A stretch of DNA of 32,000 nucleotides, taken from the NCBI RefSeq assembly GCF_000446015.1, contig NC_022093.1, positions 240,001-272,000 on the forward strand, in the 5' to 3' direction. This DNA is from Thermofilum adornatum. Lineage in GTDB: Archaea > Thermoproteota > Thermoprotei > Thermofilales > Thermofilaceae. Positions 17,592 to 25,603 of this stretch are shown here, piece after piece (the stretch's first letter is position 1; each line of letters opens with the position of its first letter). The notes below the pieces were generated by a model. That model was given only the letters and a program-made list of their open reading frames with translations. It was not told where the DNA came from and did not search any database. The position numbers were made by a program, and so were the translations under genes.

Positions 17592-17957
17592 TTATGGCAG
17601 GCAGACTTTTTCTCTTCCAATTATCTTTATGGCTGTCTGTATAACGTTTAACGAGTTTTCTAGTACCTCTTTCAGGAATTCTAGCCCCTGCGGGGTTAAG
17701 GAGTATACTCTTTTGTCTCGTGATCCTGCTTCTTTTGAGACTAGGAAGCCTGCTTTCTCAAGGCTTTTAAGGAACGGATAGATCTGTGATGGACCGACGG
17801 GAACGCCTATCATTTGTTCAAGTCTCCGCATAAGCTCGTAGCCGTGTTTGTCGCCCTCGGCGAGAAGTATCAATGTGTACAGCTTTACAATGGTGTTTAC
17901 CCTTATTTTTTCACGGGTTGTTTGCATTTTTTTGTCCTGGGTAGGCTCTACACTCAT
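17592..17957 (-). CDS. PadR-family transcriptional regulator
   Basis: LILLAEGDKHGYELMRRLEQ...GPSQIYPFLKSLEKAGFLVSKE....KRVYSLTPQGLEFL is the PadR wHTH signature. Confidence 0.8.
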   Translation of the reverse strand: MSVEPTQDKKMQTTREKIRVNTIVKLYTLILLAEGDKHGYELMRRLEQMIGVPVGPSQIYPFLKSLEKAGFLVSKEAGSRDKRVYSLTPQGLEFLKEVLENSLNVIQTAIKIIGREKVCLP

Positions 17958-18018
17958 AATGAAGCCTAGGTTTTGTTTTTAAAAATTATATATAAAAATT
18001 TTTGCTAATTTTGTACTT

Positions 18019-18675
18019 TTAGGCTGGCAGATAGACTACGCCTAGAGACCCCAGTCCTACAGTGGCGAGAGTTTTTCCGCCTAACTTTTGGAAGAAAGAC
18101 AGCCTAGGCATGAGCCGTATGGTTGGCATAAGGAGCCGCCACCCTCTCCCTGATCCGCGTGAAGCTAGGTAGCCGAGTAGAGGCGCTATGGCTTGAACAT
18201 ATGCATATAGGAAAGGACGGAACAGAGCTGGTGGATTAAATATTTCAAGCAGTAATACCCCCCTCCTGGCTACCCTTTTCATCTCGCTTAGCCCCCTTGC
18301 TTTGTCAAGAAAGTCTCTAAAGCTAAACATTGCGGTGGCATAGTCGACAGATTTTTCTCTTAAGGGCAAATACTCTGCAACCCCGCTTATCCTGTGTAGA
18401 CGTGGATCGCTACTTTTCGAGGAAAACTTGTGGGCTAGTGGATCCACACATACTACTTCTTCTGCTCTTGTGAGAAATGGAAAAGAGTAGGTGCCGTCTC
18501 CACACCCAATGTCTACAATCTTGCCGCTAACACTTCTATAGATTATGTTTCTGAGCTTTTCGTCGAGCCCAAAGCTCATGGCGTGGTTTGCAGGTATATA
18601 GGCATTCGATGAAAATAATCTCTCAAGAGTTGTTACTACGTCGCTCCAAAAAGTAGGGTTAAGTCCACGTGTCAT
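18019..18675 (-). CDS. class I SAM-dependent methyltransferase, UbiE/MenG-like
   Basis: SAM motif I KIVDIGCGDGTYS and post-I VVCVD. The segment ATAMFSFRDFLDKARGLSEMKRVARRGVLLLEIFNP, followed by a hydrophobic tail (FLYAYVQAIAPLLGYL...LLMPTIRLMP), parallels UbiE/MenG organisation. ATGA start/stop overlap with the upstream polyprenyl synthase. Confidence 0.7.
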   Translation of the reverse strand: MTRGLNPTFWSDVVTTLERLFSSNAYIPANHAMSFGLDEKLRNIIYRSVSGKIVDIGCGDGTYSFPFLTRAEEVVCVDPLAHKFSSKSSDPRLHRISGVAEYLPLREKSVDYATAMFSFRDFLDKARGLSEMKRVARRGVLLLEIFNPPALFRPFLYAYVQAIAPLLGYLASRGSGRGWRLLMPTIRLMPRLSFFQKLGGKTLATVGLGSLGVVYLPA

Positions 18676-19550
18676 AATATCTTTTCCTCTACTTCTTGCA
18701 GGATATGCTGAACACTCTCGCCTGCCTCAGACGCAAATTTTTCCATGCTCATAACTGCGAAATCCATGAGTGAAGGGTGTAACTTAATAGAGGCGTCACG
18801 GATTTCTGTAAAATATTTTGATACAAGTTCTTTGACATATCTCTTGATTCCTTCTCTTTCTTTTACCTGCATTAAAAGAAGACGCGAGCTCCCACTATCT
18901 ACATTATTGTTGGCAATGTCAGCATAGTCATCAAGAACTTGGTAGAGCATCCCCAATGACTTGCCGTAAGTTTTCCCTGCCGAAATTAGATCCCTTTTGC
19001 CTAGTGCTATTAGTGGAAGGCTACATGAAGCTTCAAAGACAGATGCAGTCTTGTACTCGATTAGCTGTTCGTATGCTACCTGGACTTGTTTTCCTTCGAG
19101 TATTCTGGTGTCCCAGAGCTGTCCCAGTGCAGCTTTTCTCCATTGAAGCATGCTTTCGATGACGGCTTCGACTCCTGCCTCTGCCACGAGGGTTATTGCT
19201 ACTGGGATTATAATGTGAGGGAAAGTTACAGCGTCCTTCAAGCCATACTTTTTCCAGAAGCTCTGTCTGCCTCTCCGCGACTCAGACTCATCAGCTATGT
19301 CGTCATGTATTAGGCTGGCCGCGTGCATTAGCTCGATGGAAAAAGCGATTGGGAGAACCTTTTCTATGTCTGACGATAATATTCTTGCAATTAGTAAGGA
19401 GAGGCTTCCTCTAATTAGTTTCCCTCCTTGGATGGCGTAGCTTGCTTCTTCGTATACTTCTGGGAAATATCTTTTAATCATTTCAGCTGAGTATTTTGCA
19501 AGGGTTTCTCTAAGTGCTAAGTACTCGTCGGTTAGTGAGGCTTTCCACAT
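18672..19550 (-). CDS. polyprenyl diphosphate synthase (trans-isoprenyl diphosphate synthase family)
   Basis: First Asp-rich motif LIHDDIADESESRRG (DDxxD) and second motif YQVLDDYADI (DDxxD). Confidence 0.85.
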   Translation of the reverse strand: MWKASLTDEYLALRETLAKYSAEMIKRYFPEVYEEASYAIQGGKLIRGSLSLLIARILSSDIEKVLPIAFSIELMHAASLIHDDIADESESRRGRQSFWKKYGLKDAVTFPHIIIPVAITLVAEAGVEAVIESMLQWRKAALGQLWDTRILEGKQVQVAYEQLIEYKTASVFEASCSLPLIALGKRDLISAGKTYGKSLGMLYQVLDDYADIANNNVDSGSSRLLLMQVKEREGIKRYVKELVSKYFTEIRDASIKLHPSLMDFAVMSMEKFASEAGESVQHILQEVEEKIL

Positions 19551-19611
19551 TCGTGGTCTCTAGAAACATGGATTCGACAAAATTATAAGTTTTATTTTTT
19601 TCAAACTGTCT

Positions 19612-20406
19612 GTGATTGATTCGCATTGTCATTTAACTTATCCTGGACTCGTCGAGAAGTTAGACGAAGTAATTGAAAAAAGCAGAGAAACGTTAAAAGC
19701 AATTATAACTGTTGGCTTCCCATTTGAGGGGGAAAAGAGGGAGAGAAAAGAGGTTTTCGAGGGGGCGTTAGCTGCCCTAAGATTGTCTGAGAGGTTTCCC
19801 GGCTTCATATTTGTGACGCTTGGTTTGCATCCTACACAAGTCCCTGATATGACAGAGGAGGAAATAGAAGAATATATTGAATTCATTCGTAGAAACAAGG
19901 AGAGAATAGTCGGAGTCGGCGAGATAGGTCTTGACAGGTTCTGGATCAAGGACGAGGATACCTACAAGAGAACACTTGAGGTATTTCACAGAATGCTGGA
20001 GTTGGCAGAGGAGATAGGCAAGCCCGTTGTTATACATAGTAGGAAGGCTGAAGAAGACGCTGTCGAAGTATTGTTGAGCCACTCTCTTAAGAGTGGCGTT
20101 CTTATGCATTCATATACTGGAAACATGACGGCCGCAAAAAAGGCCCTTGACAATGGGTTCTTCTTTAGTGTCAACTACAAGCTTACAAACAATAAGAATA
20201 TGCGTAAAATAGCGAAAAACTTTCCACTCGAATACTTGCTCACAGAAACCGACTCCCCCTTCTTATCGGAGACAAACGAGGTAAATACCCCGCTCCAGAT
20301 AAAGTTGATTGTCGAAGAAATATCGAGGCTCCGCGGTTTGAGTTTCAGCGAAGTTGACGAAATTACAACGTCGAACGCTGTTAAATTTTACAAACTTCCC
20401 CTATAG
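19612..20406 (+). CDS. TatD-family metal-dependent hydrolase/deoxyribonuclease
   Basis: IDSHCHL at the N-terminus (GTG start), GVGEIGLD, VVIHSR, HSYTG, LLTETDSPFL: the TatD metal-ligand pattern. Confidence 0.85.
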   Translation: MIDSHCHLTYPGLVEKLDEVIEKSRETLKAIITVGFPFEGEKRERKEVFEGALAALRLSERFPGFIFVTLGLHPTQVPDMTEEEIEEYIEFIRRNKERIVGVGEIGLDRFWIKDEDTYKRTLEVFHRMLELAEEIGKPVVIHSRKAEEDAVEVLLSHSLKSGVLMHSYTGNMTAAKKALDNGFFFSVNYKLTNNKNMRKIAKNFPLEYLLTETDSPFLSETNEVNTPLQIKLIVEEISRLRGLSFSEVDEITTSNAVKFYKLPL

Positions 20407-20444
20407 CGTTAAGGTTTTTATCCCCAAAGATAAGAAAAGATTCT

Positions 20445-21956
20445 ATGTCTCTTGGTGAGCCCTTAGAAATAAAAAAGGTTCTCGTAGCTAACCGAGGAGA
20501 GATAGCTGTTAGGGTTTTCCGTACATGCCGAGACCTCGGTATAAAAACGGTTGCTTTATACAGCGATGCAGACAGGGACGCGCTTCACGTGAAACTTGCA
20601 GATGAAAGCTATTACTTGGGTCCGCCTGAGCCCCTTAAAAGCTACCTAGACGTCGAGAAAATAATTTCAGTCGCTAAGAGGGCGCGGGTAGACGCAATAC
20701 ATCCAGGATACGGATTCCTGTCTCAAAACCCTGTTTTCGCGGAGAGGATAATCGAGGAAGGATTTGTATGGATTGGCCCAGACCCAGAGACAATGAGACT
20801 AGTCGGCGACAAGCTTGGCGCACGGAGGCTCTTTTCAGGAAAGGGGATCCCAGTTGTTCCAGGAACCCTTGAGCCCGTCAATGATAGAGACGCTGTAAGC
20901 ATAGCTGAAGAAATAGGCTTCCCGGTAATTGTCAAGCCAGCTGGGGGTGGGGGCGGCATAGGGATGTTTGTTGCCACCTCTCCAGAAAAATTAGACGAGT
21001 ATCTGAAGCGAGCAGTAGAGCTTGCAAAGTCCTCCTTTGGAAAATACGAAGTCTATATCGAGAAGTATTTTCCCTTGTCTAAGCATATTGAGGTTCAAAT
21101 CATCGGCGACAAGAATGGACACATTCTTCATTTGCATGAGAGAGAGTGTAGCGTGCAGAGAAGGTACCAGAAAGTCATAGAGGAGGCGCCATCGCCCTCG
21201 CTTGATCCACAGGAAAAAGAAAAAATCCTAAAAACAGCACTGGAAGCGGCAAAAGTAGCTAAATACACCAACGCTGGCACCTTTGAGTTTCTCTTCGATA
21301 CTCAGAGCAGAGGCTTTTTCCTGTTAGAAGTAAACTCTAGAATCCAGGTTGAACATCCCGTGACAGAGCTAATTACAGGTCTAGATATTGTTGAGCTACA
21401 GTTACGGGTTGCAAGCGGAGAATCATTAAGCTTGAAGCAGGAGGAAATAGTCGTTAGGGGACATGCAATAGAGGCACGTATATATGCAGAAGACCCCTCT
21501 GCAGGCTTTGTCCCTTCACCTGGGAAAATAGAGCACCTGTCTTTGCCCAGCGGTCCATGGATCCGCGTGGATAATGGCATTTATGAGGGCTACGAAGTGC
21601 CACCCTACTATGATCCTCTCCTAATGAAGGTTGTATCGTTTGGACTGACCCGTGGACAGGCTATAGCTAGACTAAGAAGGGGGCTCTCCGAGCTTAAAAT
21701 CTCTGGAATAAAACATAACAAGTTCCTAGTTCTTAGAGTTCTAGAAGACCAGAGATTCCTTGATGCATCTTATACTACAAGGCTCCTAGAGGACCAAAAG
21801 TTCTACGAAAACCTACAGAACGAGGATCCACTACCTCCGATTCCTGGAAAATCAAGGACAGAAACTGTTGAAGAAAGGAAAGAGCCAAAAACGAAGGTCG
21901 AAAAAGAAAAAGTGAATTTATGGCGTGTAGCCTCGAGAGTAAGATATGAATCCTAG
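20445..21956 (+). CDS. accC: biotin carboxylase (subunit of acyl-CoA or pyruvate carboxylase)
   Basis: KVLVANRGEIAVRV, HPGYGFLSQN, glycine loop KPAGGGGGIGM, HIEVQIIGD, ERECSVQRRYQKVIEEAP, EVNSRIQVEHPVTE. Carries about 50 aa of Lys/Glu-rich C-terminal tail and no biotinyl (EAMKM) domain. Confidence 0.9.
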   Translation: MSLGEPLEIKKVLVANRGEIAVRVFRTCRDLGIKTVALYSDADRDALHVKLADESYYLGPPEPLKSYLDVEKIISVAKRARVDAIHPGYGFLSQNPVFAERIIEEGFVWIGPDPETMRLVGDKLGARRLFSGKGIPVVPGTLEPVNDRDAVSIAEEIGFPVIVKPAGGGGGIGMFVATSPEKLDEYLKRAVELAKSSFGKYEVYIEKYFPLSKHIEVQIIGDKNGHILHLHERECSVQRRYQKVIEEAPSPSLDPQEKEKILKTALEAAKVAKYTNAGTFEFLFDTQSRGFFLLEVNSRIQVEHPVTELITGLDIVELQLRVASGESLSLKQEEIVVRGHAIEARIYAEDPSAGFVPSPGKIEHLSLPSGPWIRVDNGIYEGYEVPPYYDPLLMKVVSFGLTRGQAIARLRRGLSELKISGIKHNKFLVLRVLEDQRFLDASYTTRLLEDQKFYENLQNEDPLPPIPGKSRTETVEERKEPKTKVEKEKVNLWRVASRVRYES

Positions 21957-22880
21957 TCAGAGCTCTATCTGGAATGGCTGAGCAACAGTAGATATCTGCT
22001 TGTATTGTTGCATCTTTTCTTTCAAGTACCTTGGAAAATGGAACAAGTGATAAAATATTTCTTCGTCTAGGAATTTGAGCCCGAGCCTACCGAGTCTCTC
22101 GCTAAGCTCGTTTCTAGGTATGCCGAGGGGATCTCTTGATTTTGAACCCAAGGCGAACCCCCACTCACTGTAAAATGTTGCTACGTGTGCCTTGTATGGC
22201 CTCTCAACTGGGAAGACAGAGGCTACAGTGTTATTGATTACTGAAAAAGCATCTATGTTGTATCTTGTAGACGTAGCCTGAGTCACCATGACCCCGTCCT
22301 TGGATAGCTTGTCATATATCTCCTCATAGAACTCCTTAGTGTATAGTTGCACGCCTGGCGTTCCTTTAGTGGGGTCAGTCAAGTCTAAAATAATAACATC
22401 GAAAGTTTCGGAGGTTTCTTCTAGGTATTTTTTCCCGTCTGCTACTACAACTTCAGCCCTCGGGTCATTGAAACAGTTCTGGTGCCATTTTACCATATAC
22501 TTTTTAACTATTTCCAGGAGCTCCCCGTCAATGTCTACCATTACAGCTCTTTTAACTGTGGGGTGCTTGAGGACCTCCCGTAGTGTTGCACCTTCTCCGC
22601 CACCAATTATCAAGACTTTTTCGGGTTTTGGATGAGTAAGCATTGCTGGGTGTACGAGTGCCTCGTGGTAGACAAATTCGTCGTACTCTGAGCTCTGTGC
22701 ATAGCCATCTAGGAATAGTGTCAAACCAAAGGAGCCTGTCTCTGCCAAAGTTACACGCTGATATTTTGTGTATCCGTCAAAAATTATTCTTTTGATAGCG
22801 TGTATGTGTGCTTCTTGTGAGCTAAGCCACTCAGTGTACCATAAGACCCTGTATCCCTGGGATTCTGCCACAACTAACAA
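21957..22880 (-). CDS. speE: polyamine aminopropyltransferase (spermidine-synthase family)
   Basis: YQRVTL......G..LFLDG..Q.SE.DE..YHEALVHP, KVLIIGGGEGATLREVLKH, MVDIDGELL, DVIILDLTDP. TTG or GTG start. TTTAAAAA (minus strand, about 22893..22900) lies about 15-20 nt upstream. Confidence 0.9.
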   Translation of the reverse strand: MLVVAESQGYRVLWYTEWLSSQEAHIHAIKRIIFDGYTKYQRVTLAETGSFGLTLFLDGYAQSSEYDEFVYHEALVHPAMLTHPKPEKVLIIGGGEGATLREVLKHPTVKRAVMVDIDGELLEIVKKYMVKWHQNCFNDPRAEVVVADGKKYLEETSETFDVIILDLTDPTKGTPGVQLYTKEFYEEIYDKLSKDGVMVTQATSTRYNIDAFSVINNTVASVFPVERPYKAHVATFYSEWGFALGSKSRDPLGIPRNELSERLGRLGLKFLDEEIFYHLFHFPRYLKEKMQQYKQISTVAQPFQIEL

Positions 22881-22910
22881 TTCTACGTGGAGTTTTTAAA
22901 CAATGCGTTC

Positions 22911-22971
22911 GCGGGTCAGATGTCCCAATGCCTTCAGCACCTGCTAAGCAGTTCCAGCGGTCTTCATCCCC
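22911..22971 (-). ncRNA. possible atypical C/D-box-like small RNA
   Basis: The minus strand reads GUGGG-GAUGA-AGACCGCUGGAA-CUGC-UUAGCAG-GUGCUGA-AGGCAUUGGGACAU-CUGA-CCCGC. Supporting points: a GAUGA core near the 5' end, a perfect CUGA near the 3' end, 5-bp terminal complementarity (GUGGG/CCCGC with one GU), and AAATTTAT about 21-28 nt upstream. Weak points: internal boxes are degenerate, the second spacer is 14 nt, and the terminal stem competes with the 5' part of the C box. It sits between the SBP gene stop and the speE promoter. Confidence 0.3.
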
Positions 22972-23012
22972 ACTAATAAAAACATTCAACTGATAAATTT
23001 AGTTTTCCAGGG

Positions 23013-23930
23013 CTATGCTCTTATCTGTGAAATACTGTCGACTACCGTCTTGATTTTCTGGAGAGTACTTTCAGGACTTGTTGGACTAGGTACAAGTAGT
23101 AGTGGTATATTGGTTTGAGACGAAAGCTCCTTGAGCTTCTCACCTAGGCTGGAAGCTAAGACATCGTCAGTGGCCACGATGAAAGAGGCCTTCCCTTTGT
23201 CTAATAGGTCCTTTGCTTGTGCAATGTCCTGGGGGGTTGCAGGGAGATCATGCTCCTTTATTAGGAGAAAAGATACGTTGATCCCCATCCAGTTTACCGC
23301 GTATTGGACAACTGGCGACGCGCCGATGGCATTGACTTTTAGTCTAGGAGCCTTCTGTATGATTGCCGTAATGTTGCTTTCCAAGATAGATTCCTTGGTT
23401 TTGTAAGTGTCCCTACATTCTGGCCTAAGATTAGCGAAAACGTTGCTTAGAGTCTTTATGTAGATGAGGTAGTTTGCGGGGTCATAGATTGGCCAATGAT
23501 AGTTTGGGTTTCCCGTGGCGGGATTCCTGAGAATTTTTATACCATCTATGCTTGGTATCTCCACTAGTTTGGCCTTTATCTCCCCATTCCTTACAAGTTC
23601 AGCTATTTTCGTTTCAAAGGGTGCATGAGCTGTTGAAATGATAATGTCTGCTTCCTTCAATTTAGCTACATCTGCAGGTGTTAACTGGTATTCGTGGGGG
23701 TCGACACCAGAAGGCGTAATTGAAAATACCACGTCGCCTGTGCAGGTCAGTAGATCTATATCTGGCTTCAAGGAGTAAAACGTTACAGCTATTTTTAAAC
23801 CATGAGTAGGAGCTGTCGTTGGATTATTCATATACAGATATGCTAGGAGGCCCGCGACTATGACTATTGCTATAACTACTAACAAGATTGATTTAGATGT
23901 GTGCACATTTTTAGTATTGTCTCTGCTCAT
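23013..23930 (-). CDS. metal ABC transporter substrate-binding protein, TroA/ZnuA (cluster A-I) type, N-terminally membrane-anchored
   Basis: N-terminal TM helix (ILLVVIAIVIVAGLLAYL), then IAVTFYSLKPDI..., the metal-site motif GVDPHEYQLTP, and ADIIISTAHAPFE, typical of the periplasmic solute-binding family 9. Confidence 0.8.
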   Translation of the reverse strand: MSRDNTKNVHTSKSILLVVIAIVIVAGLLAYLYMNNPTTAPTHGLKIAVTFYSLKPDIDLLTCTGDVVFSITPSGVDPHEYQLTPADVAKLKEADIIISTAHAPFETKIAELVRNGEIKAKLVEIPSIDGIKILRNPATGNPNYHWPIYDPANYLIYIKTLSNVFANLRPECRDTYKTKESILESNITAIIQKAPRLKVNAIGASPVVQYAVNWMGINVSFLLIKEHDLPATPQDIAQAKDLLDKGKASFIVATDDVLASSLGEKLKELSSQTNIPLLLVPSPTSPESTLQKIKTVVDSISQIRA

Positions 23931-24046
23931 ATGTGCACAATTAGAAAACCTCCATATAAATATTTCCTCTTTTCTCGCATGTGTTCCGCAAAATTAATAT
24001 AATTGTGCATAGTAATTAAGGTGGTACTCTATGAGTAATGTGCACA
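23900..24046. promoter_or_regulatory. divergent promoter region with four copies of palindromic TGTGCACA (candidate operator array)
   Basis: Perfect TGTGCACA at 23900..23907, 23932..23939 and 24039..24046, and 7/8 (TGTGCATA) at 24004..24011. Read outward from the centre, each side shows AATTGTGCA(C/T)A followed 32-35 bp later by AATGTGCACA. TATA-like AAATATTTATAT (minus) and AAAATTAATATAAT (plus) lie between the inner copies. Confidence 0.65.
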
Positions 24047-24792
24047 GCCCATCGCTAGTAGTAGAAAATGTGACTTTTCACTATGACGAAGATGACAAAA
24101 TCCTCGAAAATGAAAATCTAGCAGTCCACGGCCCAGGGCTTGTTACAATACTGGGACCTAATGGTTCAGGCAAAACAACATTTTTCAAAGTCATACTAGG
24201 ACTTCTTAAACCACAGACGGGAAAAATCTTTCTCAATGGAGAAGAAGTGACAGGAAACCCAGTGAAAGCCGGAAGACACGCAGCATTGGTTCCGCAGTTG
24301 ACAGCAGTGAGGAGAGACTTGCCTGTTACAGGTGCAGAGATAATCGAGTTTGTTCTCAGAAGTAGGAGGCAGTGTTCAGGTAAGTCTTGCAAGGAGAAAC
24401 TTAGAGAACTTGTGGAAATTGTAGGAGCTGAGAACTATTATAAAAAGAAGTTAAGCGAAATGAGCGGAGGCCAGTTGCAGAGAATACTGATTGCAAGGGC
24501 CCTTGCAACTGGTTCAAGCATACTGTTATTGGATGAGCCTTTTTCTGGTATCGATCCAGGCGGCAGGGAATATATCGTGGATTTTTTAAGGAAGACTTCT
24601 AGAGAAAAACTGATTCTCCTAACCACTCATGATCCGGTATTGACTATTAACTCTAGCAAAATGATAGTGATATTTAATAAGGGGGTCAAGGCTTATGGCT
24701 CTCCCGACCAAATATTCACTTTAGACTTATTGAGAAAGGCCTATGGTTCAAGTGTCCTGATGATCGAGAGATGCCTCCATGTCGTGGGCTGA
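24031..24792 (+). CDS. metal ABC transporter ATP-binding protein (ZnuC/TroB-like)
   Basis: Walker A GPNGSGKTT, signature LSEMSGGQLQR, Walker B ILLLDEPFSGID, H-loop TTHD. Confidence 0.9.
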   Translation: MSNVHSPSLVVENVTFHYDEDDKILENENLAVHGPGLVTILGPNGSGKTTFFKVILGLLKPQTGKIFLNGEEVTGNPVKAGRHAALVPQLTAVRRDLPVTGAEIIEFVLRSRRQCSGKSCKEKLRELVEIVGAENYYKKKLSEMSGGQLQRILIARALATGSSILLLDEPFSGIDPGGREYIVDFLRKTSREKLILLTTHDPVLTINSSKMIVIFNKGVKAYGSPDQIFTLDLLRKAYGSSVLMIERCLHVVG

Positions 24793-25603
24793 GGTGGTCT
24801 GGATGTACTTTGACCCACGTTGGCTTATAGTGATACTTGGTAGCGCCATATCTTTCAGCGTTCTTAGTCCAATTATCTATGCCAGGAAACTCAACTTTTT
24901 TGCTTCCACGCTTCCTCATTCCTCGCTTTTAGCCGTTACAATCGGCTATATGCTTGGCTTTTTGACTGGAACCCATCCGGTCTTGTGGGCAGTGCCTGTA
25001 AGCATTGTTCTGTCTCTGTTCCTTGTTGCCATTATTCATCGGGGTGTAAGCGAAGATAGTGCAACTTCGGTCTTTGTCGGTTTCTCTGTCTCTGCAAGCG
25101 TTGCGGCAATGTATTATATCTTAACAAATTTTCCTGCACAGACTAGTCTATGGTCCTATATCCTAGGCGACCCTCTGCTTGTCTCCTGGGAGGATACACT
25201 TCTCACTCTAGCAGTATGCATTCTAATAATCTTGATAGTGCTACCTATTTACATGAAGGAGATAGTTATTGGGCAGGACAGGGACGTGGCCCAAGTGCTA
25301 GGAATAAACGTCAAGCTTCACGATTACCTAGTCATCTTAACCCTAACCGTTGCATCAGTCACCATGCTTAAAACAGTTGGATTTGTAATTGAACACGTTG
25401 CTTTCCTAATGCCGGCGGTCATTGCCGCTGGTATCGCAAAGGACGCAAAAATGTTCCTAGTATACAGTGTCCTTGTCTCCGCTTTTGCTGGAATACTTTC
25501 TTTACTTTTGTCTATCTGGCTTAATCTAGCTCCATCAGCAGTATATGGCCTCCTCCTGGTAGGAATTTACTCAATCCTGCTTATGAGAAGGGGGTCAGAA
25601 TGA
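24779..25603 (+). CDS. metal ABC transporter permease (ABC-3 / ZnuB-TroC-like)
   Basis: 274 aa with about 8 hydrophobic helices. It overlaps the ATPase gene by 14 nt, and its position and size fit the ABC-3 permease family. Confidence 0.8.
   Translation: MSWAEVVWMYFDPRWLIVILGSAISFSVLSPIIYARKLNFFASTLPHSSLLAVTIGYMLGFLTGTHPVLWAVPVSIVLSLFLVAIIHRGVSEDSATSVFVGFSVSASVAAMYYILTNFPAQTSLWSYILGDPLLVSWEDTLLTLAVCILIILIVLPIYMKEIVIGQDRDVAQVLGINVKLHDYLVILTLTVASVTMLKTVGFVIEHVAFLMPAVIAAGIAKDAKMFLVYSVLVSAFAGILSLLLSIWLNLAPSAVYGLLLVGIYSILLMRRGSE

Noticed and set aside
17564-17620. Longer start for the GGR-family gene, overlapping the PadR gene by 29 nt
   Set aside because: The internal ATG at 17563 sits directly before the dinucleotide-binding fold (KAVVIGLGPSGAAA) and removes the overlap. 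The extension is basic and non-conserved in appearance.
22911-22975. Plus-strand tRNA-like beginning (GCGGGTCAGATG...)
   Set aside because: There is no matching 3' acceptor strand (the segment ends ...CATCCCCAC), no GTTCRA T-loop with a stem, and no D-arm pattern. It is not a tRNA or a recognisable tRNA half.
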